A model generated the notes under the pieces. That model was not told where the DNA came from. It saw only the letters and a program-made list of their open reading frames with translations, and did no database searches. 60,000 bases of DNA from Malacoraja senta (taxonomy: Eukaryota). Both the position numbers and the translations under genes were made by a program. Positions 36,669 through 49,792 of this stretch are shown piece after piece (position 1 is the first letter of the stretch; each line of letters opens with the position of its first letter). The stretch lies in NCBI GenBank assembly GCA_038087875.1, contig CM075997.1, forward strand, positions 3,350,001 through 3,410,000, in the 5' to 3' direction.

Positions 36669-38007
36669 CCAGTAGTGCTTCCTTCCCCCTTGATCCCTTC
36701 TATCTCACCTGAAAGCCTTATAAGCAGCAACATTAAGCTTCTGATGGTGCTCATCCCACGCAACTAGTTACAGAAACAGATCGACAAACACATATTACAA
36801 TCGCTCCACACTCTTAAATCTCTAGTCCCACAGCAACATTTATTCTGGCTTTACCTTGCATTACATGTTATTCCCTTATTATGTATCTGTACAGTGTAAA
36901 CGGCTCGATTGTAATCAGGTATTGTCTTTCCGCTGACTGGTTAGCATGCAACAAAAGCTTTTCACTGTACCTCGGTACATGTGACAATAAACTAAACTGA
37001 AACTGAAACTGACCGCCCAGCCCAACCTTAAATCACATTTACATTAACACTATAATGTCATACTACACCTATCATTGTCCTCAACGCAACAGCCTTATTC
37101 ACAATACTATTAAGCAGAGACAGATGCTTTTGGCAAGAATGTTTGCTCTGCCTTTCAAACTTGCTCTGTTTCATTTATTTCCCTCCATTTCCAATTCTGC
37201 TGCCTGAATCATTGCTTTGCTTCCCAGCCTCCTGTCACGCTAGTTTAAATCCTCTCTACCCAATAGCCATGGTATTTCCCATGTTACAGCAACTCTGGGA
37301 CATTCTGAGATGGTAAAGATGCAAACAAAGTACAGACTTGTTTTTATTCTTCTAGAAATTTGGAGAAGAGAATATCTGAGATAGCTTTTAGCAACAATGT
37401 GGATAATACTTCTAGTCAGAGGACATCTATTCATTAATTCCAATCGGACTACGTGTTTAACCTGGTCAAACTGTAAGATGATTAACAATAAATCATCTAT
37501 TTATAGCCGAGTATTAGTCTTTGCTTTTCCCAGTGGCTTTAAAATGTGTCCTCTGCAGCAATGCTAGCAGTAGCCATAGCTATATTTTCCACATGGGTAG
37601 TCTCCATAAAGACCTGTTGGCCTCTTTAGATAGACACAAAATGCTGGAGTAACTCAGCGGGACAGGCAGCATCTCTGGAGAGAAGGAATGGGTGATGTTT
37701 CGGGTCGAGACCCTTCTTCAATTGGCCTCTTTATACTGTTTCAGTCACTAGGATTTCAAGACTTGGCATGATTGTTTATGTTAGTATGTTATATCACAGC
37801 TATCGACCTTGGACCGTCAACAGAATGTAACAGATGCATGGACAAGAATTCCTTTAATAATCTATGTCCATCATAACATTATAATGACACTTTTTTCTAT
37901 CTTTCTTGCTGCAAGCTATATCTCACTTCCTGTGGGTGTTGAGCAAATCTTCAGGACTAGTTGGAAACTGATCAACTAATGGTGTCTGCACACCAGAATC
38001 CAGGTCG

Positions 38008-38590
38008 GTTTAGTTTATTGTCACGTGTACCGAGGTACAGTGAAAAGCTTTTGTCGCGTGCTAACCAGTCAGCAGAATGACAATACATGATTACAATTGA
38101 TCCATTTACAGTGTATAGATACATGATAAGGGAAGATAGACACAAAAAGCTGGAATAACTCAGCGGGACAGGCAGCATCTCTGTAGAGAAGGAATGAGTG
38201 ATGTTTCAGGTTGAGACACCACCTGAAACTTTACCCATGCCTTCTCTCCAGAGATGCTACCTGTCCCGCTGAGTTACTCCCGCTTTTTGTGTCTATCTTC
38301 AGTTTAAACCTGCATCTGCAGTTCCTTCTTATACATGATAAGGGAATAACATTTGGTTCAAGGTAAAGCCAGCAAAGTCCGATCAAGGATAGTCCGAGGG
38401 TCACCAAAGAGGTAGATAGCAGGTCAGCACTGCTCTCTGGATGTGGTAGGATGGTTCAGTTGCCCGATAACAACTGGGAAGAAACTGTCCCTGAATCTGG
38501 AGGTGTGAGTTTTCACACTTCTATACCTTTTGCCTGATGGGAGAGGGGAGAAGAGGGAGTGACCAGGGTGAGACTCGTCCTTGATTGATT
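38008..38590 (-). mobile_element. Rex1-type LINE 3' end with nested PLE palindrome (~38135-38330)
   Basis: Minus-strand PLPSGKRYRSV...SFFPVVIG; 16-bp TSD atacatgataagggaa around the PLE. Confidence 0.75.
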
Positions 38591-40491
38591 TCCATAGATG
38601 CTACCTGAGCTGCCGAGTATTCCCAGGATTTCTGGGTTGTGCAGGTAGATACAAATACTGGAGAAACTCAGTGGGTGAGGCAGCATCTATGGAGCGAAGG
38701 AAATAGGTGTTGTTTCGGGTCTCGACCCAAAACGTCACCTCCATAGATACTGCCTCACCCGCTGAGTTTCTCCAGCATTTTTATCGACCTTCGATTTTTC
38801 CAGCATCTGCAGTTCCTTTTTAAACATTAGGGTTGTGCAGGTCGGTTCAAGAACCGGCTAGTTGTAGAAAAGTAGACTGGTGGCGTGGGACATCGGGCTT
38901 CTGTACTTCCTGCTTCACAGTAGCAGCGAGAAGAGGGTAGGAGCACGGTGGAATACTCTTCACTTGGATTAGTACAGCTCCGACAATTCTCAAGAAACCT
39001 GACACCATTTAGGACAATGCAGCCTAAACATTTACTCTCTTCATCAGTGTGCACGAAGGTTGCGTTGTTCCCTTCTAGAAAAATAGACTGCAGTTATTAG
39101 CCTTGGCTACTCTGACAGCATCTCCCAAGTATCTTTGTTCACAACCACTTCCTCTGAGATGGGCGTGAGTCTGAAGAAGGGTCTCGACCCGAAACGTTGC
39201 CTATTTCCTTCGCTCTATAAATGCTGCCTCACCTGCTGAGTTTCTCCAGTATTTTTGTCTACCTTTGATTTTTCCAGCATCTGCAGTTCTTTCTTAAACA
39301 TGAAAGATCATAGGTCTTTGGACACGATAGACAAAGATTTCAGGTGCACAGAGTTCCAGAAATTTAGACTGGCATTAAAGAAACAACAATATATTCTCAA
39401 GTCATGATGCTGTTTTGCTTGGAGGAAAGAGATTGTGGTGACTCTGTTCAGGTGCACAAACAACACTGCGCGACATTTTTACCAGAAAGATTGCTGTAGT
39501 TCAAGAGGGCATCTCAGTATCACCTTCTTAAGGGGCTTTGAGGATGGGCAATAAATACTGGCTTTGTCAATAATGCCCCGATCTTGAAAAATTAATACAT
39601 GAAAATACACAAATAACTTTTCTCTTAATTAGAAAATCAAGGTGAAAAGTGACAGATTTGTGTAAGAGATTCAAACAACATATTATTGTCAAACTTCAAC
39701 TGGAAAGAGGTTATGGATGGACCAGTGTAACTCCCAGCAAAGATTTGATCCTGGAAATTAGAATAAGTCATGGTTTGTCAACGTAATAACTCAGCAAAAT
39801 TTAGTTAGTCTATTGTAAAAGATTTAAACTTTTAAACCTTAAGGGATAGTAAAATAAACTTGACTAAGACTGCCTCACCCGCTGAGTTTCTCCATCATTT
39901 TTGACTAATTCAAACATTATGAAAAACAGCAAGCAACTTTGATGCCCCACAACAAGGTGGAGTCCTTGGTGCCTGAGTTGTTTTTTTTAAATTCTGGAGA
40001 GGATGTTCTATTTTCATAAATCAGATAATATACCAGGGTTTACCCAAAAGGATAAAAGTCCTTTACGTCATAGCTGAGTTCCTTTTCCTTATTAGTATTG
40101 TGAGAATATCCTGTAAATAATCTCACCCTTACTTCATAAAGCTGATAAACAGGCCATTGAAATATTCAGTTTTTCCAATTTCACTCAGGCCAGGAACCTT
40201 TAACATTTTGACACACAATGCTGTTGTCATGTACTTACTGATGTTAATGTTTCTCCTCACTACAGTTGTTCTTTGATTGAGTTGAGTTTTACTCAAGATT
40301 CTTTGTGAAACTTACAGGTACATAAACATATACTAAAAATCTGCATGCTGTTATTATGGTATCACTCAAATTTCTTGTGTCGATTGCATTAGAACATGCC
40401 ATTCTGGAGAGGTCAACAGAGAACAGACCTTAGTTAGTTTTCATTTCCCTGGAGTCCTTTCACTTTCTGTAGCTTCATGGCAACTGTTCAA

Positions 40492-40800
40492 GGTGGCACA
40501 GTGGCATAATGGTAGAGCTGCTGCCTTACATCCCCAGAGGCCTGGTTTCGATCCCGACTACAGGTGCTGTCTGTACAGAGTTTGTACGTTCTCCCTGCGA
40601 CCTTGTGGGTTTTCGCCAGGTGCACTGGTTTCCCCCCACACTCCAAAAACGAACAAGTTTGTACATTAATTGGCTTTGGTAAAAGGGGTAAATTGTCCCC
40701 AGTATATAGGATGGCGTTAGTGTACTGGGTGATCACTGGTCGGCGCGGACTCGGTGGGCCAAAGGCCCTTTTCCCACGCTGTATTTCTTAAGTCTAAAGT
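40492..40800 (+). mobile_element. V-/HE1-type SINE
   Basis: A/B boxes, core and tail as in 6143-6470. Confidence 0.8.
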
Positions 40801-43253
40801 TCAACATGGCAAACCACAGGAAGGCCTATGCACATTGTATGAGGAATCAGAAGCAGCAGAAATCCTGAAAAGTTATGACAGCAATTACAAGAAAATATCC
40901 TGCCCCCAACCGCTAATCAATTTAATCTTTGAGTCTACATTTCATATAGTCTGTAATCTTCAGATGAACAATCCATCCCTGCTATTCCAGGTGCAGGTAT
41001 CCATGTGTGTTGGCTGCCTGCCCAGACAGACTAGTGCCATATTACATCCTTTGGGGTTAATTTTAACCTAGTTCCCCAGGCAGGATTAGGTAGAACTCTG
41101 GATTTCAGCCAAGGTTTTTCTCCACTAACTAAAATCAGACACAAAATCAGCTTGGTAACCATTCACATCAGTTTTTCAAAGAGCGGGTACAATTAAAATT
41201 GTCCCCATTATATCAAAAGCGACTGCAGTTCATGAGTAAAAAACAAACTGCTGGAGGAATTCAGCAGGTAAGCAGCATCAATGAGGGAAATGGACAGATG
41301 GTGATTCAGGTCGGACCAGGTCGATGGAGTAGAGGGGAGATAGTTGGTAGAAAGAGGTGAAGGGAAGGGATTAGGGCAAGAGCTAGACGAGAAGAGGTAG
41401 ACTGAAGATGATTCAGGTGGAGAAGAGAAGAGATAGTATCTAAGGCTGGGGGTGATAAGTACAGAAGCCAAAAGGGTGCAGAGGAAAGGAGGGAGGTGGA
41501 GAGTGAAATGGAGAACCAGAGGATGGGATGTTGGCTGATCTACTTTTCTGTCAACCCTTATTCTGCTACCTTCTCCCCGTAACCTTTGGTGCCTTCACTA
41601 ATCAAGAACCTATCAATCTTTGCTTTAAAAATACCCAATGACTAGGCCTCCACAGTTGTCTGTATCAATGGATTCCACAGATTCACCACCCTCTGGCTAA
41701 AGAAATTGCTTCTCATCTGCACTCTAATGGTCCGTCATTTTATTATGAGTCTGTGCCCTCTGGTCCTAGACTCTCCCACTACTGCAATCATTCTCTCCAC
41801 ATCCATTCCATCTGGGTCATTCATTATTTGGTAGGTTTCAATGAGATTTCCCCCTCATCCTTCTAAACTCCAGCAAGTACAGGCCTAGAGCCATTGAACC
41901 CTCTCCTCATTTGCTAACCCAATCATCCCTGGGATCATTCTCGTAAGCCTCCTCTGGTTCACTTCCATCATTAAATATGGGGCCTGAATTCCATTGCATT
42001 TCATGCTGAATGGTACAGGAATCCTAAGCATTCCTTTTGATTCATTTCTGAGTGTTCATTACATATACATATTGTTCAATTGGGTGTAAATTAATAATGT
42101 AATAAATGAGAAGGACAAGCCACCGATTGTAAAATGCTGACAGCTACGTAAATGAACTAAATAGTTGAAACCTGAGTAATCACTTAATTACTCCACACAG
42201 TTGCAAAGGGATTGTAAAAGTAAAATCGTTTTACAATTACACAAAGCCTGTTTTGCAGCTGTTGTATAACTTCAATTTCATAATTTGAAACTGCAGAATA
42301 CAGGTGACTACAGAATACAGAATACAGGGACTACAGAATACAGGTGAACCATCAATGCATACTATTATTGACATCTGCAATGCTATGTAATATCAGTTGA
42401 ATTAAGGAAGCATCATTCAATTGCAATGTTGTGTAGTAAATTTTGTGTACTAATGTTGTGTACTAATTTATAAATGTATCAAACTCCAATCTTCAGATTA
42501 AAGATGACATGATAAATTCATAAATTCTAGGCCATTCGGCCCATCAAGTCTACCACCATTCAATCATGGCTGATCTATCTTTCCCTCTCAACACCATTCT
42601 CACCATAACCTCTGACACCCGTACTAATCAAGAATCTGTCAATATCCGCCTTAAAATATCCTCTACAGCTGTCTGTGGCAATATTATGATGCCTACATTA
42701 CCCTAACAGGCACCCCAGGTTCATCACTGTCATGTTCGGTCCTATATTAGCTAAAACAACTCAACAAAACCTTACATTAAAATCCCTAACCTGTAAAATC
42801 TCTCCATGACATCATTCCTCGCTATCTCAAAACCTACAGCCTTCCATCGTCTCCCTGCTCCTCCAATTCGGATATCTTTTACATCTATTATATTAACTGT
42901 ACTCTCAACTCAACAGTAAAACGAGCTAAAGTGAGCATTTTTAATGCAACCTTTAGACCAGATCATTGACAATCCCCAGTTCTATCCCCAATCAAGTGTA
43001 AATAATAAAGCAATTCACTCTAAAATCCAAGTCAAAACAACAGGCCATCCCTGGTTTACAGATGGACACCCCTACATACGAGCTCCCATAATATTATTAA
43101 ATTCAAAAGTCTGACGTATCTACATATGTTTGTTCATACAAATGGCAGAACTAGTTTCCTCACTCTCTCTCCACCTTTAGTAATTGTTCTACGTCATCAG
43201 TCTTTCATTTTTTTCATTTTCATAATTTGGACACAATGAACCTGTAGACCATC

Positions 43254-43690
43254 AAAGTTGTGACCACTGCCCAGTCCATCATCGGCTCTGACTTCCCCAC
43301 CATCGAAGGGATCTATCGCAGTCACTGCCTCAATAAGGCAGCCAGCATCATCAAAGACCCACACCATCCTGGCCACACACTCATCTCTCCGTTGCCATCG
43401 GGAAGAAGGTACAGGAGCTTGAAATCTGGAACATCCAGGTTCAAGACCAGTTTCTTCCCCACAGCCATCAGGCCACAAAATACAACATCAAACAAGCTCT
43501 GAACAATAACAGTCTATTGCACTTTATCATTTTATTTATTGTGTACATATATGATCTATGGTATATAGGCACACTGAACTTTTATCTCCTGTTCTGTATT
43601 ATGTTTACATATTCTGTTGTGCTGCAGTAAGCAAGAATTTCATTGTCCAATCTGGGACACATGACAATAAAATTCTCTTGACTCTTGACT
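43254..43690 (+). mobile_element. Rex1/Babar-type LINE 3' end
   Basis: Closely similar to 29203-29620. Confidence 0.85.
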
Positions 43691-44744
43691 TCTGATAAAC
43701 CAACTGTATTCAGGAGTGTATTTAGTAGGTATTCAAAGAGCGCCATCTTCTGGCCTTTTCAATTAATAACAGAATCGACCATGCTGACCAAGATGCCCCA
43801 TCCAAGCTGGTTCCATTTGTCCATGTTTGGCTCATATCCCTCTAAATCTCTCCAATCCATGTACCTGTCCAAGTACTTTTCAAATGCTGTTATAGTATCT
43901 GCCTTAACTACCTCATCTGGCAACTTATTATCTATACCCACTCACTGTGAGTGAACAAGTTGCTAAATCTTGCCCCTCTCTCCTTAAACATATGTCCTCT
44001 TGTTTTTGATTCCCCTATCCTGGGTAAAAGGCTCTGTGCAATCACTCTATCTATTTCCCTCGTGATTGTATACACCTCTATAAGATCACCCTCAAGTCCC
44101 TTGCACCTCTGAAGACTAGCACTCCATCATGGACTTGATAGTACCCATTTCAAGCAAAGCCTAAATGTATTGCTCATTCTAGTTGCCATTGAGAAGGTTA
44201 TGGTGAGACAGTCTTGAACCTCAGCAGCCCTTCTGGTGCAGGAAGGAGTGTAGTAGTGAAGTAGTTCCAAGGGTTTTCCACCAAAGGCAATGAGGGAATG
44301 ACCATATGCTTGCAAATTAAGATGTTTTGGCCTGGAGGAAATGTGTAATTATGCACGGTGGTCTCTGCAGATATCACTTGGTCATCTCTGCCTGTATGTG
44401 AAAGGTATCACTGCAAAGTTATCTCTGTGTTTTCTGCCAATATTGCGATGGGCAACTCTGCAATCATTATAAAACAGAAAACACTGGGAATGCAATACTC
44501 AGCAGGCCAGGCAGCTTATTGATCAGAATTGGTAAAAGTTGGACATTGAAAGCTGCTCCAAGTTGTGAAGGAGAGGGCAGATGGGGGATCCTGTGTTCAC
44601 CGCCAGTGCCTCCATTCTATGCCTTGCAAACATGAATATCAAAAGGAGTAATGCATCAGTAAAAGGTTAGCAGATGGCAGAAAGGTTAGAGTCAAGTGTG
44701 TAATTGTGTCTGGAAGTGATGATGGACATACATACAAGAAGGTC

Positions 44745-45158
44745 AGCCGCCGTCTTCCCTCGTTGCCACGACGACGATGCTTCCCCCCATTGCAATGGCG
44801 ACGGTGCTCTCTCGTTGCCATGACGACACTGATCGGTCCCGTTGCCAGGACGTCGCTGATCCCGCGTTGCCGTGACAACGATGATCCTCCTCGTTGCCGT
44901 GACGACGCGGCTCCCCGCGTTGCCGTGACGACGTTGCTCCTCCCTCGTTGCCGTGACGACGTTGGTCCTCCCTCGTTGCCGTGACGACGCGGCGGGCACT
45001 GTTCCAGCGCCCCCCCCCCCCCCGCCCCCGAGGGTCGTGAGTCTGCGCAGCCGCGCGGGATGTGACCCGGCTCGCGCGTCCCTAGCAACGGCGGCGCGGC
45101 GTCACGTGAGCACAAGCGGGGTGTCAATGGGCGGCATGGCGTGACTGGGGCAAGGCCA
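44745..45158 (+). promoter_or_regulatory. CpG-island promoter of the RMDN gene with X-box-like array, RFX half-site and E-box
   Basis: Dense CpG; nine GTTGCCRTGACGAC-like cores at 44762-44988; gtccctagcaac 45078-45089; gtcacgtgag 45101-45110. Confidence 0.75.
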
Positions 45159-45622
45159 ATGTTCAGCAAGGAGAGCTTCAAGGCCGTAGCCTTGCTGGCA
45201 GGGGCTGGGGTGGCCTCGGGGGCCTTGGGGATCTACTACTTATGGAGACACCACAAGGGTCCCCTTCTCTTGGATGCCCTGGAGCGGCAGGAGTTGGTGT
45301 GGCCCACATTCAAGTCAGAAGAGCTGTTCCTGCCTGAGGACCAAGAAGCCCCCAGTGGGATCTCAGAGGAGCAGGCTGAAATCCGGTGGCATCTCGACTC
45401 CATACAAACCTGCTTGAATGGCCTGAAGGATGAGGTGTCCTCCCTGAGAGGCTGCATCCAGGGCATTGTAGAGAAGCAGGTTAGCCTGAAGAAATACAAG
45501 ACTGCCAGGAGGAAGAAGAGGAGATATGAATCCAAGAGAGACAGCGATGATTCCGCAGAATCTGTCTCCATCTACTTCACAGCAAATGCTGGGAAACCCT
45601 CAGACAGTGAGAGTGAAGCAGG
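45159..45622 (+). CDS. RMDN3: Regulator of microtubule dynamics protein (RMDN3/PTPIP51-like; RMDN2 not excluded), coding exon 1
   Basis: MFSKESFKAVALLAGAGVASGALGIYYLW (N-terminal TM anchor), coiled coil LDSIQTCLNGLKDEVSSLRG, basic RRKKRR, SIYFTA motif, ESEAG; donor GG|gttagt (phase 2). Confidence 0.8.
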
Positions 45623-46457
45623 GTTAGTCATGAACCTTTGGTCCAAGGGCTTCCACCCATTGTGACTAACTTAGCTTGGCACACATTATTAACATAGAAA
45701 CATTAGAAATAGTAGTAGACTTGTTTCCCTCGGCCAATGGAAGACTGATCCTGCCCCTCAATTTAGCTTTCCTGCCCAATTCCTATAAATGTTTTTTTTC
45801 TTCAGTGACCAAATATCTCCTAATTTCATATTCTAATACACGGAATGAATGAACTTGTAATTCCCTGGAGAAGAGAATTCCAGATTTACAATCCTTTGGG
45901 AAAGAAATATTATTTCAATTCTAAATGTACAACTCCTTTCCAAATACTGTACCCACATGTTCCAGACATTGCAGTTTAAGATAATATCCTGTTGGCATAT
46001 ATTCCAATACTCCCTCTCAGTACCCGAACACGTATATTTGTTCATTAGCTGGTTTGGACCTTTCATATACCTAAACATTCCAATTTTGGAGACACACTCA
46101 TATTATTTATGTAAGCATATGGCTGTGTACTGTTCTATGTAGCACCATAAAGGGAGGCTTTGCTATTTCAGAATCAAACAAGATGGATTCATTTCCAATC
46201 TAAAACTTTTAATTGGATTGTAACAGAACATAGAAGAGTATTGCACAGGAACAAGTCCTTCAGCCAAACATGATGCCAATTTAAACTAATCTCATCTGTG
46301 CACGGGTGTGATCCATGTGCCTCCATCTCCTTCTTATCCAAGTAGACCTTCAGATTAATAATAATCATATTTGTTTGACTATTTTTGGCACAATGATAAT
46401 CACATCACTTTCATGCAAATTAATTGGATTAAATTAATATTTAAAATAGGTGTATAA

Positions 46458-49400
46458 TGAGGTAAATGACAACCCTGACACACCTACCTCTTATGTGGGA
46501 AACGTTTAAAGCGTTTGTTCGTGGTACATTAATTTCCGCTCAAGCATTTTATAATAAAGAGAACAGGATTAAACAACAAACATTGGAAAGTGAAATCAAG
46601 CAACTAGATATAGAAAATGCGAGAATGCCATCTATTTTAAAACATAATAAAATTGCTGTATTAAAATATAAATTAAATAAAATGTATTCAGAACAAGTAA
46701 TAAAACTTTATCAAAAAACCAAACAATTACATTTTGAATTTGGAGACAAACCACAAAAACTATTATCACATCAGTTACGAAAAATGGAAGGGGAAAAAAT
46801 AATTCATAAAATTAGAACAGAGACAGGAGAATTATTAAAAATGCCTAAGGACATAAATGATAGATTTCTCCAATACTATCATAACCTTTATTCAACTAAA
46901 ACCGTAGGACAATCAGAAGAAATAGCAGATTTTTTACTAAAATGTAATTTAAAAGGTTTAGATTCAAACGATAGAGAATTATTAGAAAAGGAGATTACCA
47001 TAAAAGATATTGAGGAGTCTATCGGCTCTTTAAAAAATGGTAAAGCAGTAGGACCAGATGGTTTAGGCTCCGAATTTTATAAAAAATTTCATGACTTTGC
47101 CCACGTTTACAAAGATTGTATGAGTATATCTATACTCAACAGAAACTTCCAGACACTTTAAATGAATCTATAATAACACTTATTCCTAAAGCTGTTAAGA
47201 TCCGGAAGACCCGGGATCATATAGAGCAATCGCACTTTTAAATACAGATCAGAAAATATTAACTAAAATACTAGCGAATAGATTAAGTACAGTGATGAAT
47301 AAATTAATACACCCTGACCAAACAGGCTTTATTCAGAAGCGGTACTCATATTATAATCTAAGAAGATTATTTAATATTATATATTCCAAGAGAAATATTA
47401 AGGAAGATCTAGCAATAATCTCACTTGACGCTGAAAAAGCATTTGATCAGGTCGAATGGTCTTATTTATTTTCGGTGATGGAAAATATGCAGTTAGGGGA
47501 GAAATTCTGTACATGGATAAAACTGTTATATACAAATCCCATGGCTAGAATATTTACAAACCAAAGGTTGTCATCTAAATTTAGTCTATCTAGAGGTTGT
47601 AGACAAGGATGCCCGTTATCTCCATTATTATTTGCGCTTGCTATTGAGCCACTTGCAGAAAGAGTCAGGGGGCATCCGGAAATACACGGATATAACACAA
47701 AGGATACAGTGAATAAAATTTCTTTATACGCAGATGATGTATTAATTTACATTACAAAACCAGAAATTAGTATTCCAAACTTATTAAAGCTAATAACCCA
47801 ATTTGGTTCACTTTCAGGATACAGAATAAATTGGAATAAAAGTGAAATTATGCCAATAAGGGAACATAACAAACAGATAATACAACAATTTCCATTTAAA
47901 ATAGTAAAGGAAAAATTTAAATATCTAGGTATTTATATAACTAAGAAATATACATCATTATTTAAAGCAAATTTTCCACCATTACTAAATAAACTACATA
48001 AGAATATTCAATACTGGAAAACACTTCCTATCTCAATGGTAGGCAAAATTAATGCCATAAAAATGATTTTTTTACCACAAATATTATACCTTTTTCAGAC
48101 AATTCCGATATATCTGGCAAAAACCTTTTTTAAAAAACTGGATTCTATTAATGATTTCATCTGGGATTATAAGAATCATAGGATAAACAAAAGACATTTG
48201 TGTAAATCAAAAATGAATGGAGGCTTGGTTTTACCCAACTTTTTGTTTTATTTCTGGGCAGTTAATATTAAAAATATGAATTTCTGGTTGGAAGAAATAG
48301 ATCATCAGCCAGACTGGTTAAAAATGGAAAAGGAAGATTGTTTACCTTTTGATATCGGTTCGATTTTATTTGCTACGTCTAAATTAAACAAAAAAATTTA
48401 TAGGGAAAACCCTATAATATTTAGTGCTATACGAATTTGGAAACAATTAAAAAAGACATTAAAATTAGATAATTTATCACTTTTTCTTCCAATTGTGAAT
48501 AACCCTTTGTTTAAGCCTTCATGGTTGGACGGGGGTTTTACACAATGGAAGAATTATGGAATTAAAAATATGGGACAACTTTACAAGGAAGGCACTTTTC
48601 TGACATTTCAGGAGTTGCAACAGACTTACGGACTTCGAGGAAATGATTACTTCAGATATCTTCAACTTAGAGATTATGTAAAATCAAATACTCAAAATTT
48701 TCGAATTAGAAATTCAGAAATTCTTGATGAATGTTGGAACAAACATCCTCATACAGAAAAATTAATATCTTATATATATAATATCTTATTAGACAGTGAC
48801 ATTCCATCGACGGACTTACATAGACAAACATGGGAAAAAGAATTAAATCAAATAATAACGAAAGATACTTGGGAAGAAAGTTTGCAACACATACATCAAT
48901 GTTCATTAAACGCCAGACATTCTCTAATACAATTCAAAGTAATACATAGGTTACATTATTCCAAAACAAAACTACATAAAATTTTTCAACATATCTCACC
49001 TATATGTGATAAATGTCAACATTTAGAAGCTACCTTATCTCATATGTTTGCAAACTGTATAAAAATTAAACAATTCTGGGTAAATAATTTCAGTATAATA
49101 TCTAAAGTAACCAGCACAAAAGTGGACCCAGATCCAAAATTAATAATACTTGGAATATTAGAATTAAATCAAACATTTAGAATAACACAAAGAAACTTTA
49201 TTGATTATAGTTTAATAACAGGAAAAAAATTAATTCTAAAATTTTGGAAAGGCCCTACGACCCCCACAATTAAAATGTGGATTATAGAAATGACGGAGAC
49301 CTTAAATGTGGAAAGAATCAGACTCTCCCTGTTGGATAAACAGGAATTATTCGTTGGAACATGGTCTCCTTTTATTGACTACCTAAAGGGCCAGAACAGT

Positions 49401-49792
49401 TCAGCACAGGAACCTGACTAGCACCCGGGCTAAAGAATGGATGAAACGCTATATCTAGAAATGTACGAATATATCTCGAATGAAGTTTTCTATTTTAATA
49501 AATTTTTCCATTCTTCTTTAACTATCTTTTTTTCATTTTTTTGTTTTTGTTTTTGTTTTTGTTTTGTTTTTTAAAAAAAAATTTTTTTATTTTTTTATTT
49601 TTCTTCTCTTTTTTCTCTTTCTTTACTTCACCTTTCTCTTTAGTTCTATTTAGCTTAAAAAAAAAAGCAAAAGGTATTGGAGACATTGTAATAATATTTA
49701 ACAATATTATCAATTTAATAATGTAGGACTGTAATGATGTAACTAGGTTGTGTACGCATCTCCAATAAAAAAATATTTAAAAAAAATAAAAA
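46458..49792 (+). mobile_element. L1-clade LINE, 5'-truncated ORF2 (RT plus CCHC finger), in intron 1
   Basis: ORFs 46466-47161 and 47292-49421 (SLDAEKAFD, RQGCPLSPLLF, LYADD, CDKC..H...C) joined by frameshifts; A-rich tail; 15-bp TSD aaaataggtgtataa at 46443-46457 and 49793-49807 at a TT|AAAA site. Confidence 0.95.

Noticed and set aside
44762..44988. CRISPR-like repeat-spacer appearance
   Set aside because: Cores are only 14-16 bp, spacers ~11-14 bp and related to each other, there are no cas genes and the context is eukaryotic; it is a promoter minisatellite.
44639..45181. Overlapping 92-180 aa ORFs on both strands
   Set aside because: Produced by the GC-rich tandem repeat; repetitive peptides with no recognisable domain.
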